Made by a program: the position numbers and the translations under genes. This document shows, piece after piece, positions 20,945 to 30,864 of a stretch of DNA of 64,000 nt. The notes under the pieces were generated by a model. It did no database searches. It saw nothing but the letters and a program-made list of their open reading frames with translations, and was not told the DNA's origin. Each line of letters opens with the position of its first letter. Within the stretch, counting starts at the first letter, position 1. The stretch comes from Ignavibacteriales bacterium (GTDB lineage: Bacteria > Bacteroidota > Ignavibacteria > Ignavibacteriales > Melioribacteraceae): assembly GCA_016177735.1 (NCBI GenBank), contig JACOUS010000026.1, forward strand, positions 2,375-66,374, in the 5' to 3' direction.

Positions 20945-20957
20945 TCCCTCACAATTA

Positions 20958-21527
20958 TTAACGGTGACAGGCAGAGCAATTTTCAGGACCGATATTTACT
21001 TGTTTCAAATACGGAAGATTTTCATGCGGTGCACGATGACAATCCAAACAAGCTTTCATCGTAAACTGCCGAACCTGATTTACAACTTCCATTTGTTTAA
21101 CATCGCCGTGACAGCTTGCGCAGTCAATTCCCTTATTCACATGCACACTGTGATTGAAGTACGCGTAGTCCGGCACCTTGTGAATTCTCTTCCAAGGAAT
21201 TGGTTTGCCTTCTTCGTAATACTGAGTTAGTCTGATAATTTCTGGTTTGTCTTTGCGTGCAACCGAATGGCAATTCATACAAATATTCGCGGAAGGAATT
21301 GTAGCGAATCGGTTTTTGGTTACTCCAACGTGGCAATACTGGCAATCAATTGCCATTGTACCGGCATGAAGCTTATGAGAAAATTTGATTGGCTGCTCTG
21401 GAGCGTATCCTATCCCGTCCCGCTCCGGTCTTGAAATATAATATGTTAAAACGTATGTAGCCGCAATTACAAACAGTGTTAAAGGCAAACGAATTTTAAG
21501 AACGTGATCAAGAACGGTTTTTTTCAT
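20958..21527 (-). CDS. actA: Alternative Complex III pentahaem cytochrome c subunit ActA
   Basis: 189 aa. N-terminal TM anchor and five CxxCH sites (CQYCH, CMNCH, CASCH, CLDCH, CSACH). Confidence 0.85.
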   Translation of the reverse strand: MKKTVLDHVLKIRLPLTLFVIAATYVLTYYISRPERDGIGYAPEQPIKFSHKLHAGTMAIDCQYCHVGVTKNRFATIPSANICMNCHSVARKDKPEIIRLTQYYEEGKPIPWKRIHKVPDYAYFNHSVHVNKGIDCASCHGDVKQMEVVNQVRQFTMKACLDCHRAPHENLPYLKQVNIGPENCSACHR

Positions 21528-21858
21528 TTATAGCCTATTAATAGAATTCCCTTCGTTAATTCTTTTAAAGTGGGTTAATAATGAATTGATATCTTATCCG
21601 AAAATGTTTTGTAGCTCGTGCTATTTTTAGGATTCATCATTTATAAAAAATCAGGTTATTCGGATATGATATATAGTTAACGAAAATTTTGTGAACTAAA
21701 ATAAGAAATGAGAAACAAAAACAAAAAAATATTAGAGAGAAAAATTGAAAAATAAAATTCTTGTAAAAGACCTTTTAATCTTTCAAAAAGAGAAGGAGTT
21801 TTTGTTTGAACGAACAAATGAGAAAAATATTTACAACAAGAATGCTTAAGTGATGAGA

Positions 21859-22839
21859 TTAATTTTTTCTTTCAACAACAAAACGAACAAGCGATTCGAG
21901 CCCGGCTTTTGCTTCGGAGTTTTCAAATACACTTAAATTATTTATTGCCTTCAGTGCATACTCATTCGAAACATTTTCTGCGTAGCTGATACCCTTATGA
22001 GTTTTTACAAATTCAATGACGCGATCAACATTTAATTTCTTGCCGCCGTTTTTAATCGCACTCAAAATACTTTTGGCTTCGCCGTCGCTCGAATTTTTTA
22101 ATGCGTAAATCAACGGAAGCGTGAGTTTCTTCTCTTTAATATCTCCGCCGAGCGGCTTGCCGAAAATTTTAGATGAGCCTACATAATCGAGAATATCATC
22201 TCTAATCTGAAAAGCGATGCCGAGATTTTCTCCGTAATCTCTCATCGCGTTTATTTTGTTTTCATCATCAGTTGCGGCACGCGCTCCAATTTCGCAACAT
22301 GTAGAAATCAACGAAGCGGTTTTATCGGAAATAATTTTGAAATAAGTTTCTTCGTCGTTATCAAGTTTGCGCGTTTTGTTAATCTGTAATAATTCACCTT
22401 CGGACATTCTTTTAACTGTTCCGGTAACAACACGAAGAAAATCAAAATCGTTTCCGTCAACAGCAAGCAGTAGTCCTCTTGCAAGCAGATAATCCCCCAT
22501 CAACACGGCAACTTTATTTTTGAAAACAGCATTGATGGATTTAAATCCTCTTCTCTGTTCTGCATGATCAACAACATCATCGTGAACTAACGTAGCAGTA
22601 TGAAGCAATTCGACAAGTGTGGCGCCGCGGAAACTTCTTTCATTAACATTGCCCGCTAATTTGCTTGCAAGCAGAACGAGAATGGGTCTTATTTTTTTTC
22701 CTTTTTGCCGTAAGATGTACCTTGTAACAAGATCAACAATGCTAACTTTAGATTTCATAGACTTCTTGAAATAATCATTGAAAATTTCAAGTTCGTCTTG
22801 TACAAGGCGGGTAATTTCCGGAAGTGATTTTATATTCAA
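21859..22839 (-). CDS. Long-chain polyprenyl diphosphate synthase (IspB-like)
   Basis: 326 aa. Two Asp-rich motifs, LVHDDVVD and RDDILD. TTG start overlaps the tatC stop. Confidence 0.85.
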   Translation of the reverse strand: MNIKSLPEITRLVQDELEIFNDYFKKSMKSKVSIVDLVTRYILRQKGKKIRPILVLLASKLAGNVNERSFRGATLVELLHTATLVHDDVVDHAEQRRGFKSINAVFKNKVAVLMGDYLLARGLLLAVDGNDFDFLRVVTGTVKRMSEGELLQINKTRKLDNDEETYFKIISDKTASLISTCCEIGARAATDDENKINAMRDYGENLGIAFQIRDDILDYVGSSKIFGKPLGGDIKEKKLTLPLIYALKNSSDGEAKSILSAIKNGGKKLNVDRVIEFVKTHKGISYAENVSNEYALKAINNLSVFENSEAKAGLESLVRFVVERKN

Positions 22840-23591
22840 GTTTTCTTTTGGAATATTTTTGAGACTAAAATACTTATTTCATATAAAATAACCAACGGAA
22901 CTGCGAGGATGACTTGCGAAACCGGGTCTGTACCCGGTGTTAAAATTGCAGCGAGAATTAAAATTGCTACGAAAGAATGTCTGCGGTATTTGCGCATAAT
23001 CTTCGGCGAAAGAATTCCGAGTTTAGAAAGAAAAAACGAAAGCATCGGAAGTTCGAACACGAGTCCGGCGCCCAAAATTACGCTGAGAATTATCGAGAAG
23101 TATTCGTCAATCGAAAAATTATTTTCAATCATCGGCGAACCGAACTGCGCGGCAAAACTTAAAGCCATCGGCAGCATAACAAAATATGCGAAAGCAACAC
23201 CGAGCAAAAAACATAATGTTGTAAAGACAACAATTGCAGTAATAAATTTTTTTTCTCTTTCCTTTAATGCCGGCGCAATAAATTTCCAGAGTTGATAAAC
23301 AACATTCGGGAAGCTGAGTATCAAGCCGAGAATTATTGCAACTTGAAAATAGATAAACAACTGTCCGAAGGGGCGGAGATTCTGAAGTTTAAGATTCGAT
23401 GTACGTGCCGGAAGAAGAAGAACTTTATCAACAAAGAAGTCGATAAAGATCCATGCGATGATTGTACCGATTGCAATTCCAATCAACGAATAGATAATCC
23501 GCCACCTCAATTCTTCGAGGTGGTCGAGAAATGTCATTTCAATTTCTTGCCCGGATGATTTATCGGAATGATTTTTTTCCTCTGTGCTCAC
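22836..23591 (-). CDS. tatC: Twin-arginine translocase subunit TatC
   Basis: 251 aa from the GTG. ATG 23537 (MTFLDHLEELRWR) is the more likely start. Six TM helices. Confidence 0.9.
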   Translation of the reverse strand: MSTEEKNHSDKSSGQEIEMTFLDHLEELRWRIIYSLIGIAIGTIIAWIFIDFFVDKVLLLPARTSNLKLQNLRPFGQLFIYFQVAIILGLILSFPNVVYQLWKFIAPALKEREKKFITAIVVFTTLCFLLGVAFAYFVMLPMALSFAAQFGSPMIENNFSIDEYFSIILSVILGAGLVFELPMLSFFLSKLGILSPKIMRKYRRHSFVAILILAAILTPGTDPVSQVILAVPLVILYEISILVSKIFQKKT

Positions 23592-23601
23592 TTGAATTCA
23601 A

Positions 23602-24903
23602 CTAATTTAATTCAGGGTACAAAGGAAACTTACCGCACAATTCTGCAACTTCTTTTCTTATTGAAATCAGTTCGGTTTCGTTATCAAGATTTCTGATCGC
23701 TCTATCAATATATGATGCGATAATTTTCATTTCATTTTCTTTCATGCCGCGTGTTGTAACTGCGGGCGTTCCAATTCTAATTCCGCTTGTAACAAACGGA
23801 CTTTTCGAATCGAAGGGAATCATATTTTTATTTACAGTGATGCCGGCTGCGCCAAGTGCGTTTTCAACTTTCTTGCCGCTTAAATCTTTCTTCGTTAAAT
23901 CCACAAGCATCAAATGATTATCGGTTCCACCTGAAACAATATCGTATCCGTAATTTATCAATTCGCCGGCAAGTGTCTGTGCATTCTTAATAATTTGTTT
24001 TGCGTAACCCGTGAATGAATCTTGCAAAGCTTCGCCGAACGCAACAGCTTTTGCCATAATTATGTGCATCAACGGACCGCCCTGAATACCGGGCATTACC
24101 ATTCCGTCAAAAATTTCGGACATTAATTTTAAGCGGTCGCCTTTTATTGTTTTGATACCAAGCGGATTTTCGCGATCCTTCCCCATCATAATAATTCCGC
24201 CGCGAGGACCGCGTAAAGTTTTGTGTGTTGTGGAAGTTACAACATCGCAGTACGGAAGCGGATTACTCAGCAAACCTTTAGCAATTAATCCAGCCGGGTG
24301 AGCAATATCGCACATTAACATTGCGTCAACGCTGTCTGCAATTTGTCTGAACTTTGCAAAATCCCAATCACGCGAGTATGCACTTGCGCCCATAACAATT
24401 AATTTTGGTTTTTCTCTTTTGGCAATATCTTCGATAAGATTGTAATCGAGAACTTTTGTTTCTTTGTTTAGTGTGTATGGAACGGCACGGTAAATTTGTC
24501 CCGAAAAATTTACAAGCGAGCCGTGTGTTAAATGCCCCCCGTGATCGAGACTCAAACCGAGAATTGTATCGCCCGGTTTTAATAGCGCCATATAAGCCGC
24601 CATATTCGCTTGCGAGCCGCTGTGCGGCTGAACATTTACATATTCGGCATCGAATAATTTTCTGAGACGTTCGCGCGCCAAATCTTCAGCCATGTCAACA
24701 ATTTCACAGCCGCCGTAATATCTTTTGCCCGGATAACCTTCGGCATATTTATTCGTAAGTACCGAACCGGCTGCGCTAAGCACGGCAAGGCTCACAAAAT
24801 TTTCGGAAGCAATTAATTCTAAATTTGTCTGCTGACGTTCAATTTCAAGTTTTGCTATCTTCAGAACTTCAGGATCTGCAGTAAGAAAATTTAACATAAA
24901 CAT
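23602..24903 (-). CDS. glyA: Serine hydroxymethyltransferase
   Basis: 433 aa. The PLP-lysine region [12 protein letters not shown] is present. Confidence 0.95.
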   Translation of the reverse strand: MFMLNFLTADPEVLKIAKLEIERQQTNLELIASENFVSLAVLSAAGSVLTNKYAEGYPGKRYYGGCEIVDMAEDLARERLRKLFDAEYVNVQPHSGSQANMAAYMALLKPGDTILGLSLDHGGHLTHGSLVNFSGQIYRAVPYTLNKETKVLDYNLIEDIAKREKPKLIVMGASAYSRDWDFAKFRQIADSVDAMLMCDIAHPAGLIAKGLLSNPLPYCDVVTSTTHKTLRGPRGGIIMMGKDRENPLGIKTIKGDRLKLMSEIFDGMVMPGIQGGPLMHIIMAKAVAFGEALQDSFTGYAKQIIKNAQTLAGELINYGYDIVSGGTDNHLMLVDLTKKDLSGKKVENALGAAGITVNKNMIPFDSKSPFVTSGIRIGTPAVTTRGMKENEMKIIASYIDRAIRNLDNETELISIRKEVAELCGKFPLYPELN

Positions 24904-24928
24904 CCGTAGTTGTTGTTATAGAATTTTA

Positions 24929-26167
24929 TCACGGTACATTAACACTTCTTCCGATCCATGGATAACACGGACCTTCAATTTTAATAGCATCACCGCTTTT
25001 CAGTTTTCTGAAGAAATAATCTTCTTTTGTCGGAATCGAATTTTGCAATGCTTTCACACGGTCGGCGGCAGTAGATGAATTCTGACCTCCCATTGTTGCG
25101 GCTTTGCGATATGTATTTACCGAAAGCAGATAAACACACTTCGCCATAAAATCAAATTCGCAAGCACGGGCTGCTTGTTCGTATAATTGTGCTTCAATCA
25201 TAACAGGATAATCCCAATTGGCATCAATGTTCATTGCTTTTTGTAAATATGTTCTTGAAACAGAAAGCTGATCCATCTTTTTATAAATGAGAGCAATGTT
25301 CACATAGTTATCTTTTCCGTCCGGCTGTAACTCAATTAATTTTTTATAAGCAGAAAGAGCTTTATCAGTCTGCTCTAATTTATCATACATACTTGCAAGT
25401 TGTTTCCAGTAATTTATAACTGTCGGTGCTTTTGCTGTTAAAAATTCGAGAGGCTCAATTGCTTTTTCAAAATCTTGTGCTTTGATGCAAGTAGCGACAT
25501 ACTTCCACGCTTTTTCTAAATTTTCTTTATCAAAATCCCATGATTTTTTTGTAATGGCAACAAGCTCTTCAATATTTTCGGCAATCGATTCGAGTTTCTG
25601 ATTCCACAAGGGATTGTTGGCATCTTCTTCTGCAAGTTTGGAATAAAGATCGAGAGCTTTCAATTTGTAATCATTCGTTTCGGCGGCATTATTCACGTAA
25701 AGAACACCGAGTCTATCTTTATAGAAAGCATCGAGAGCCGGATCTTTTGCAATTGCGGCTTCATATAAAGCCATTGTTTCTTCGGGATTTGCTTGCACCC
25801 ATACTTCTTTTACATACGCTTTGCGTGCAGTATAAAATCCTTCAAGCTTCGGTTCATATTGAATTGCTTTATCATAAAAATAAATTATAGTATCCTGAAT
25901 CGCCTTCTTTTCCTGATCTGATATTTGAGTGCTGTCATGGTCAAACCAGAGTATCTCTTCCATCTTCTGGAAAATTTTGTTCTTCAAAAATTGGGAAGGA
26001 TCATTGTTGATTACTTTCCATCCGTAAGGAAGTGCGCTTGCAAAATCTTTGTTCTTGTGATATTCATAGAAGAGACTAAAATTAGCTACGTGATCATTCT
26101 GTGCTTTCACACTGCTCAGTGAAAGAGCCGCTAAAAAAACTATCAAGAAGAAATGTCCCCGTTTCAA
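24929..26167 (-). CDS. Secreted TPR-repeat protein
   Basis: 412 aa. Signal peptide and repeated A..Y.KA/L..P helical-repeat signatures. TTG start. Confidence 0.65.
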   Translation of the reverse strand: MKRGHFFLIVFLAALSLSSVKAQNDHVANFSLFYEYHKNKDFASALPYGWKVINNDPSQFLKNKIFQKMEEILWFDHDSTQISDQEKKAIQDTIIYFYDKAIQYEPKLEGFYTARKAYVKEVWVQANPEETMALYEAAIAKDPALDAFYKDRLGVLYVNNAAETNDYKLKALDLYSKLAEEDANNPLWNQKLESIAENIEELVAITKKSWDFDKENLEKAWKYVATCIKAQDFEKAIEPLEFLTAKAPTVINYWKQLASMYDKLEQTDKALSAYKKLIELQPDGKDNYVNIALIYKKMDQLSVSRTYLQKAMNIDANWDYPVMIEAQLYEQAARACEFDFMAKCVYLLSVNTYRKAATMGGQNSSTAADRVKALQNSIPTKEDYFFRKLKSGDAIKIEGPCYPWIGRSVNVP

Positions 26168-26187
26168 TTTTGTGTTCCTTTATTTAG

Positions 26188-27435
26188 TTATCTATCAGTT
26201 CTTATAAACCAGAATTCTCCAATACTTAAAGTTATGGAAAATTTGTAAATATTTTCTGTCAATAAATTATTGTCTGTTGTTCCTCTTTTACCGTATTGAA
26301 AAGCAAGGTCCAAAGTATTATCGAAACCGAGCGGCACAGAAAAACCGGAGTAGAACGACAACTGATTCAATCCTTTTCCGTTAATTACATATTGTGACTG
26401 CTCGTAGCTTATACCACCGCGAAGCATTATGTGTGCCCAAAAACTTTGTGATCTTGATTCGGCATTTCGATATTCAACACCAAAGCTGAATTTTTGAAAA
26501 TCTCTCATCTGCTCGGATTTAACACCGTGGCGTTTCAGCTCACTCAGCGGCTGCCGTAAATAATCCAATAAGAATAAATAATTGTCTGCCCATTTTAACG
26601 AGAGCCCGATACCAAGCCGGTACGGCAAATCTGTTTTAAATGTTCCGCTTGAAGAAACAACATCGCCGATTACTGTTGAAGAAGTATTTGTTGAATCGGT
26701 TGTTAATTTTACCGAATTAGAAAAAGTTAATCCCAATCTTACATCATTGAGATTTTCAACGCCGAAAATTTCTGAAAGATTATTTGAAATAAGCCCGAGC
26801 GTAAATCCAACGCCTTTGTAGCTGTAATCGGTTTTAAATGACGCATCTCGAAAATCCGACGTGTCGTTAAACTCAATCGAAGTTTTGTATTGAATTTTAC
26901 CGGTGTAATATTCGAAAGCTGCGCCGATAGAAATATCCAGCGGAAGTTTGTACGACATTCCGGCAAAAGCTTTTGTGATTCCGCCTTCTCCCAAATAAAC
27001 AGAATTATACGGATCGACTAAATCACTTCGCTCTTCTCCCGCAATTTCATAATTAACTTTTGAATAAGGAGTTATACCGGCTGTAAAACTGATGCCGTAA
27101 TCTTCGGCAATCGGGAACCCAATCATTGCACCGGCAACAACGGTCTGTGAATGAAAAACCGATTCATTGCTTGAAGAAATTTTTGTTCCGTTATAAATGA
27201 GACCGGTTTCAAAACGTGTGAGACGTAATTTACTCCAGCTTGCCGGGTTCAAATAATTGAGATAATCAAAATCTGTTGTTGCTATTCCTAATTCACCGAA
27301 GCCCATTCTTCTTGCGGAAAAGGAGTAGTAATAATCGCCAAGACCGTACCGCGAATAAACCGATCCGCCGCCGGCAAATGATTCAACACTCAATGAGAGA
27401 ATAATTGCAAATAGTGTTATTATTTTTTTTATCAT
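26188..27435 (-). CDS. Outer-membrane beta-barrel protein, FadL/OMPP1-like
   Basis: 415 aa. Signal peptide, N-terminal SARRMGFGELGIATTDFDYLNYLNPAS motif, and alternating beta-strand pattern throughout. Confidence 0.5.
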   Translation of the reverse strand: MIKKIITLFAIILSLSVESFAGGGSVYSRYGLGDYYYSFSARRMGFGELGIATTDFDYLNYLNPASWSKLRLTRFETGLIYNGTKISSSNESVFHSQTVVAGAMIGFPIAEDYGISFTAGITPYSKVNYEIAGEERSDLVDPYNSVYLGEGGITKAFAGMSYKLPLDISIGAAFEYYTGKIQYKTSIEFNDTSDFRDASFKTDYSYKGVGFTLGLISNNLSEIFGVENLNDVRLGLTFSNSVKLTTDSTNTSSTVIGDVVSSSGTFKTDLPYRLGIGLSLKWADNYLFLLDYLRQPLSELKRHGVKSEQMRDFQKFSFGVEYRNAESRSQSFWAHIMLRGGISYEQSQYVINGKGLNQLSFYSGFSVPLGFDNTLDLAFQYGKRGTTDNNLLTENIYKFSITLSIGEFWFIRTDR

Positions 27436-27437
27436 AA

Positions 27438-28643
27438 TTATTTCTTCCGGGAATAAATTATTTTGATTCTCGGGCGCAGACTAAGATTTGCTTCTTTGCT
27501 TCCGTAAAGCGCAATTCTTGCGGCACTTGTTTGTTCATCAAATAATTCTAAAGCTACACCTTGATTAGCAGTGCCTTGCAGCCAGCGCTGCACCATCCAC
27601 GAAATATCCCCCGAATAAACATTATCCGATCTCGATAAATAAGAAACAATCAAGCTATCCGATGTAAAAGTTTTTGCCGTACTGTCTTTCAACATGCGAA
27701 CCATAATTGTATCGGATTTCTGTGCGCCGTCTGTTGTTTTTGATTCATCAACTGTTAGTTCGAGCATCGCTCTGCTGACTATCAAATCTTTTGTAAGTGA
27801 TGATAAATCAAAAAACAAAAAGCCGCGCAGCGGATAACTTCCTTCAAGATAAATTTTATTTTCTTCTTGCGGAACGGTTCCGGTAAATACATGAGTATCC
27901 ATGTACGGAGTTACAGTTAACGTGTCTCTATCGTTCGAAGATTTTTTCAGTACAATCGTTAAATGCGGCTGTGCGGAATCGCTGTTCGCTTGTGATGAAC
28001 CCACTCCGATATAACTATTTGTAACATTCGGTTTAACAATTATGCCGTGATATTTGAGAGAAGTTTGAGTTGTATCGGAAATATATCTGAGCCAGTCAAA
28101 AACCAATTGCTGATCGAGATCGAATTGAAATGTTGAATCACTTTGGTTAACAACTTTTGAGATTGCAACATCGGCAGCATCGTAAAAAGAAGAGCCGTAA
28201 ATTTCCAGACTGTCTCTGTCAAATCCGAGTGAACTCCACTTGCTCAAAATTTTATGAACGGAAAAATTAAACGGCTCTGTTTTATCGCCGAGGGAATATA
28301 AAGGCAACAGTTTAATCCACGCACGTTCAACGGTTGCTTCGTTATTTTTAATATACTCTTTTATTGAATCCGGCAAATAAACTGTGAATTGAAACAACAG
28401 CGAAGATTCGGCATAATCATTCTTGCCGATAATAAGTCTTGAAGAGAGTCCAAGGACTTCGTTGGTTTCATAAAAATGTGATGATTGCTGTGCTTTGGCA
28501 GAATCGGTATTATACTCACCGAATTTTATTTTATCCTGATCCGGTATCAAATTCAAACCGTTTGAGGACGGATCATCATTGCACGAAGTGAAAATTGCAA
28601 ATGACAAAAAAGAAAGGAAGACAAACTTAAAAAGGTTATTCAA
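27438..28643 (-). CDS. Lipoprotein of unknown function (possibly DUF4270-like, from its position next to glgA)
   Basis: 401 aa. Lipobox FAIFTSC. TTG start abuts the upstream stop. Confidence 0.45.
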   Translation of the reverse strand: MNNLFKFVFLSFLSFAIFTSCNDDPSSNGLNLIPDQDKIKFGEYNTDSAKAQQSSHFYETNEVLGLSSRLIIGKNDYAESSLLFQFTVYLPDSIKEYIKNNEATVERAWIKLLPLYSLGDKTEPFNFSVHKILSKWSSLGFDRDSLEIYGSSFYDAADVAISKVVNQSDSTFQFDLDQQLVFDWLRYISDTTQTSLKYHGIIVKPNVTNSYIGVGSSQANSDSAQPHLTIVLKKSSNDRDTLTVTPYMDTHVFTGTVPQEENKIYLEGSYPLRGFLFFDLSSLTKDLIVSRAMLELTVDESKTTDGAQKSDTIMVRMLKDSTAKTFTSDSLIVSYLSRSDNVYSGDISWMVQRWLQGTANQGVALELFDEQTSAARIALYGSKEANLSLRPRIKIIYSRKK

Positions 28644-29219
28644 TTATAAACCTCCGGAAAAATCTTTCTGTATGAAATCACAAGCGTCCTTAAAATTAGC
28701 GGCTACAAAATTGGGCTTTTTCCCCTGATTATGCAAGCTATTAATTTCTTCATCAAAGTTATCTTGTTTTACCAAAATTGTTTTTACGCCGGCGTTAATT
28801 CCGCAAAGGACGTCAATACCCTTATCCCCGATCATATATGATTTGCTTAAATCAATCTTATGATCATTTGATGCTTGTACAATCATTTGCGGAGATGGTT
28901 TCCTACATTCCGATTCTTCGGGCGTACTGTATTTGGGATGGTACGGACAATAATAAAAATCATCTATCTCTGTTCCGGCATTTTTCAACAGCTCATTAAT
29001 CTTTGCATTTACTTTGCGAACGTCTTCGTGCGTCATTATTCCGTATGCAATTCCGGCTTGATTTGATATAACAATTACCTTGAAATGAAATTCTGTTTTT
29101 AATTTTTTGATTCCTTCGGCAACTCCGGGCAGCAGAATAACTTGTTCGGGATTTTTCACATAACCCGAGTCATAATTAATCGTCCCGTCTCTGTCCAAAA
29201 AAACTGCGGCGTTGTACAT
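28644..29219 (-). CDS. gmhB: HAD-IIIA phosphatase, D,D-heptose-1,7-bisphosphate phosphatase-like
   Basis: 191 aa. DRDGTIN nucleophile motif, Zn-site-like C..YCPYHP...C, and GDK. Confidence 0.75.
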   Translation of the reverse strand: MYNAAVFLDRDGTINYDSGYVKNPEQVILLPGVAEGIKKLKTEFHFKVIVISNQAGIAYGIMTHEDVRKVNAKINELLKNAGTEIDDFYYCPYHPKYSTPEESECRKPSPQMIVQASNDHKIDLSKSYMIGDKGIDVLCGINAGVKTILVKQDNFDEEINSLHNQGKKPNFVAANFKDACDFIQKDFSGGL

Positions 29220-29224
29220 CTAAA

Positions 29225-30712
29225 TTAATCGGTGAGTTTTTTATAAAGGTCAACATATTTTTTAGCCGAATTAATCCAGCTAAAGTTGGACTTCATCCCG
29301 TTCTTCATGATAGCATGCCATGTTTCTTGATCGTTCGAATAAATCTTAATCGCCTTTTTGATTTCGGAAAGCATCTCGGCTGCAGAATATTTTTCGAATA
29401 CAAACCCGTTGCCGTTTCCGTTTTTAGAATCATACGGTTGAACTGTATCAGCCAAACCTCCGGTTTTGCGTGCAATAGGCACAGTGCCGTAAACCAAACT
29501 GTACATTTGATTCAATCCGCACGGTTCAAATTTCGAAGGCATCAGAAACATATCGGAACCGGCTTCAATTAAATGCGCAAGTTCTTCATCAAACCCGATG
29601 AAGCAAGAGAACTTTTCGGAATATTTTGATGCGGAGCTTGTAAAAAATTTCTGATATTGTTTATCGCCCGTGCCGAGCAATATTAGCCTGATATTCAATT
29701 TCATCAATTCGGGAAATGCTTTCTGCAGCAGATCAATCCCTTTGTCTTCGAACAAACGAGAAATCATGCCGATGACCGGAATATTTTCATCATATTTGAA
29801 ACCGAAATTTTCTGCAAGTGCTTTTTTATTTTCTTTTTTCTGATCAAGATTTTTTGCTGAATATTTTTGCGGAATTCTTGTATCAACTTCGGGGTTCCAG
29901 ATTGCCTCATCAATTCCGTTGATAATTCCGTACACATCTTTTTTGCGTTTACTCAATACATCTTGCAAGCCCGCACCAAAATCTTTGTACTGGCATAATT
30001 CTTTCGCATAAGTTTCGCTAACCGTATTAATCATATCTGAAAAAAGAAGACCACTTTTCAAAAAGTTGACTTTACCTTTGTGAAGAATTCCCTTCTCGCT
30101 TTCGAGTTCTTTCGGCAAAGCTGTTTTTGCAAATGATGATTTCGGGAAAGCACCTTGAAAAGATAAATTGTGAATTGTAAACAATGATTTGATCGGCGCA
30201 AACAAAGGATCTTTTTTATATGTTGATTTCAAATAAGCGGGAATCAACCCGGTTTGCCAGTCGTTGCAATGAATAATATCCGGTGTCCAGCCGAGTTTGG
30301 TAATTAATTCAAAGACAGCACGTGAAAGCAGAATAAATCTTTCATCGTTGTCTGGATAATCTTCGCCGCTAAGCGGATCAGAATAGAGGCTGTGGCGGCT
30401 TCCAAAATATTCCGGGTTATCAAGAAAATAAATTTGTACGCGGGTTTTCGGACCAATCAAAAAAGAAGAACGCAGTGCAAAAACAACCTCTTTTTCGCCA
30501 ATATTTATTTTAATGTCTTTTAATCTAACTACTTCATGTATTTTGAATTTTCTCTCATCAATCGCACCATATTTGGGCACAACAATGCGAACCTGATGCC
30601 CGGCTTCTTGCAATTTTTGAGGGAGTGCCGAGGAAACATCTGCTAAACCACCGGTTTTTATGAATGGAACTACTTCCGAAGTAACAAAAAGGATTTTATA
30701 CTTTGAAGGCAT
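29225..30712 (-). CDS. glgA: Glycogen synthase (ADP-glucose type)
   Basis: 495 aa. KTGGLADV motif and PS.FEPCGL.Q. Confidence 0.9.
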   Translation of the reverse strand: MPSKYKILFVTSEVVPFIKTGGLADVSSALPQKLQEAGHQVRIVVPKYGAIDERKFKIHEVVRLKDIKINIGEKEVVFALRSSFLIGPKTRVQIYFLDNPEYFGSRHSLYSDPLSGEDYPDNDERFILLSRAVFELITKLGWTPDIIHCNDWQTGLIPAYLKSTYKKDPLFAPIKSLFTIHNLSFQGAFPKSSFAKTALPKELESEKGILHKGKVNFLKSGLLFSDMINTVSETYAKELCQYKDFGAGLQDVLSKRKKDVYGIINGIDEAIWNPEVDTRIPQKYSAKNLDQKKENKKALAENFGFKYDENIPVIGMISRLFEDKGIDLLQKAFPELMKLNIRLILLGTGDKQYQKFFTSSASKYSEKFSCFIGFDEELAHLIEAGSDMFLMPSKFEPCGLNQMYSLVYGTVPIARKTGGLADTVQPYDSKNGNGNGFVFEKYSAAEMLSEIKKAIKIYSNDQETWHAIMKNGMKSNFSWINSAKKYVDLYKKLTD

Positions 30713-30864
30713 TTATTAGTATTCCTTCTGTTTTTAACAAACAAAAATACGAAAATTGATTCGTTCGACCAAAAACATTAGAAAATAAGCCTTCAAATTG
30801 TCTATTTTTGAAACCGTCGAATTACTCTGATGCCGAACTCTCATAAAAAATTTACGGCTGGCAA

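Noticed and set aside
20820-21230. 136 aa plus-strand ORF across the actA-actB junction
   Set aside because: It overlaps actA antisense and covers the spacer on the wrong strand. The minus-strand 59-codon ORF has a Shine-Dalgarno motif and translational coupling, and explains the spacer better.
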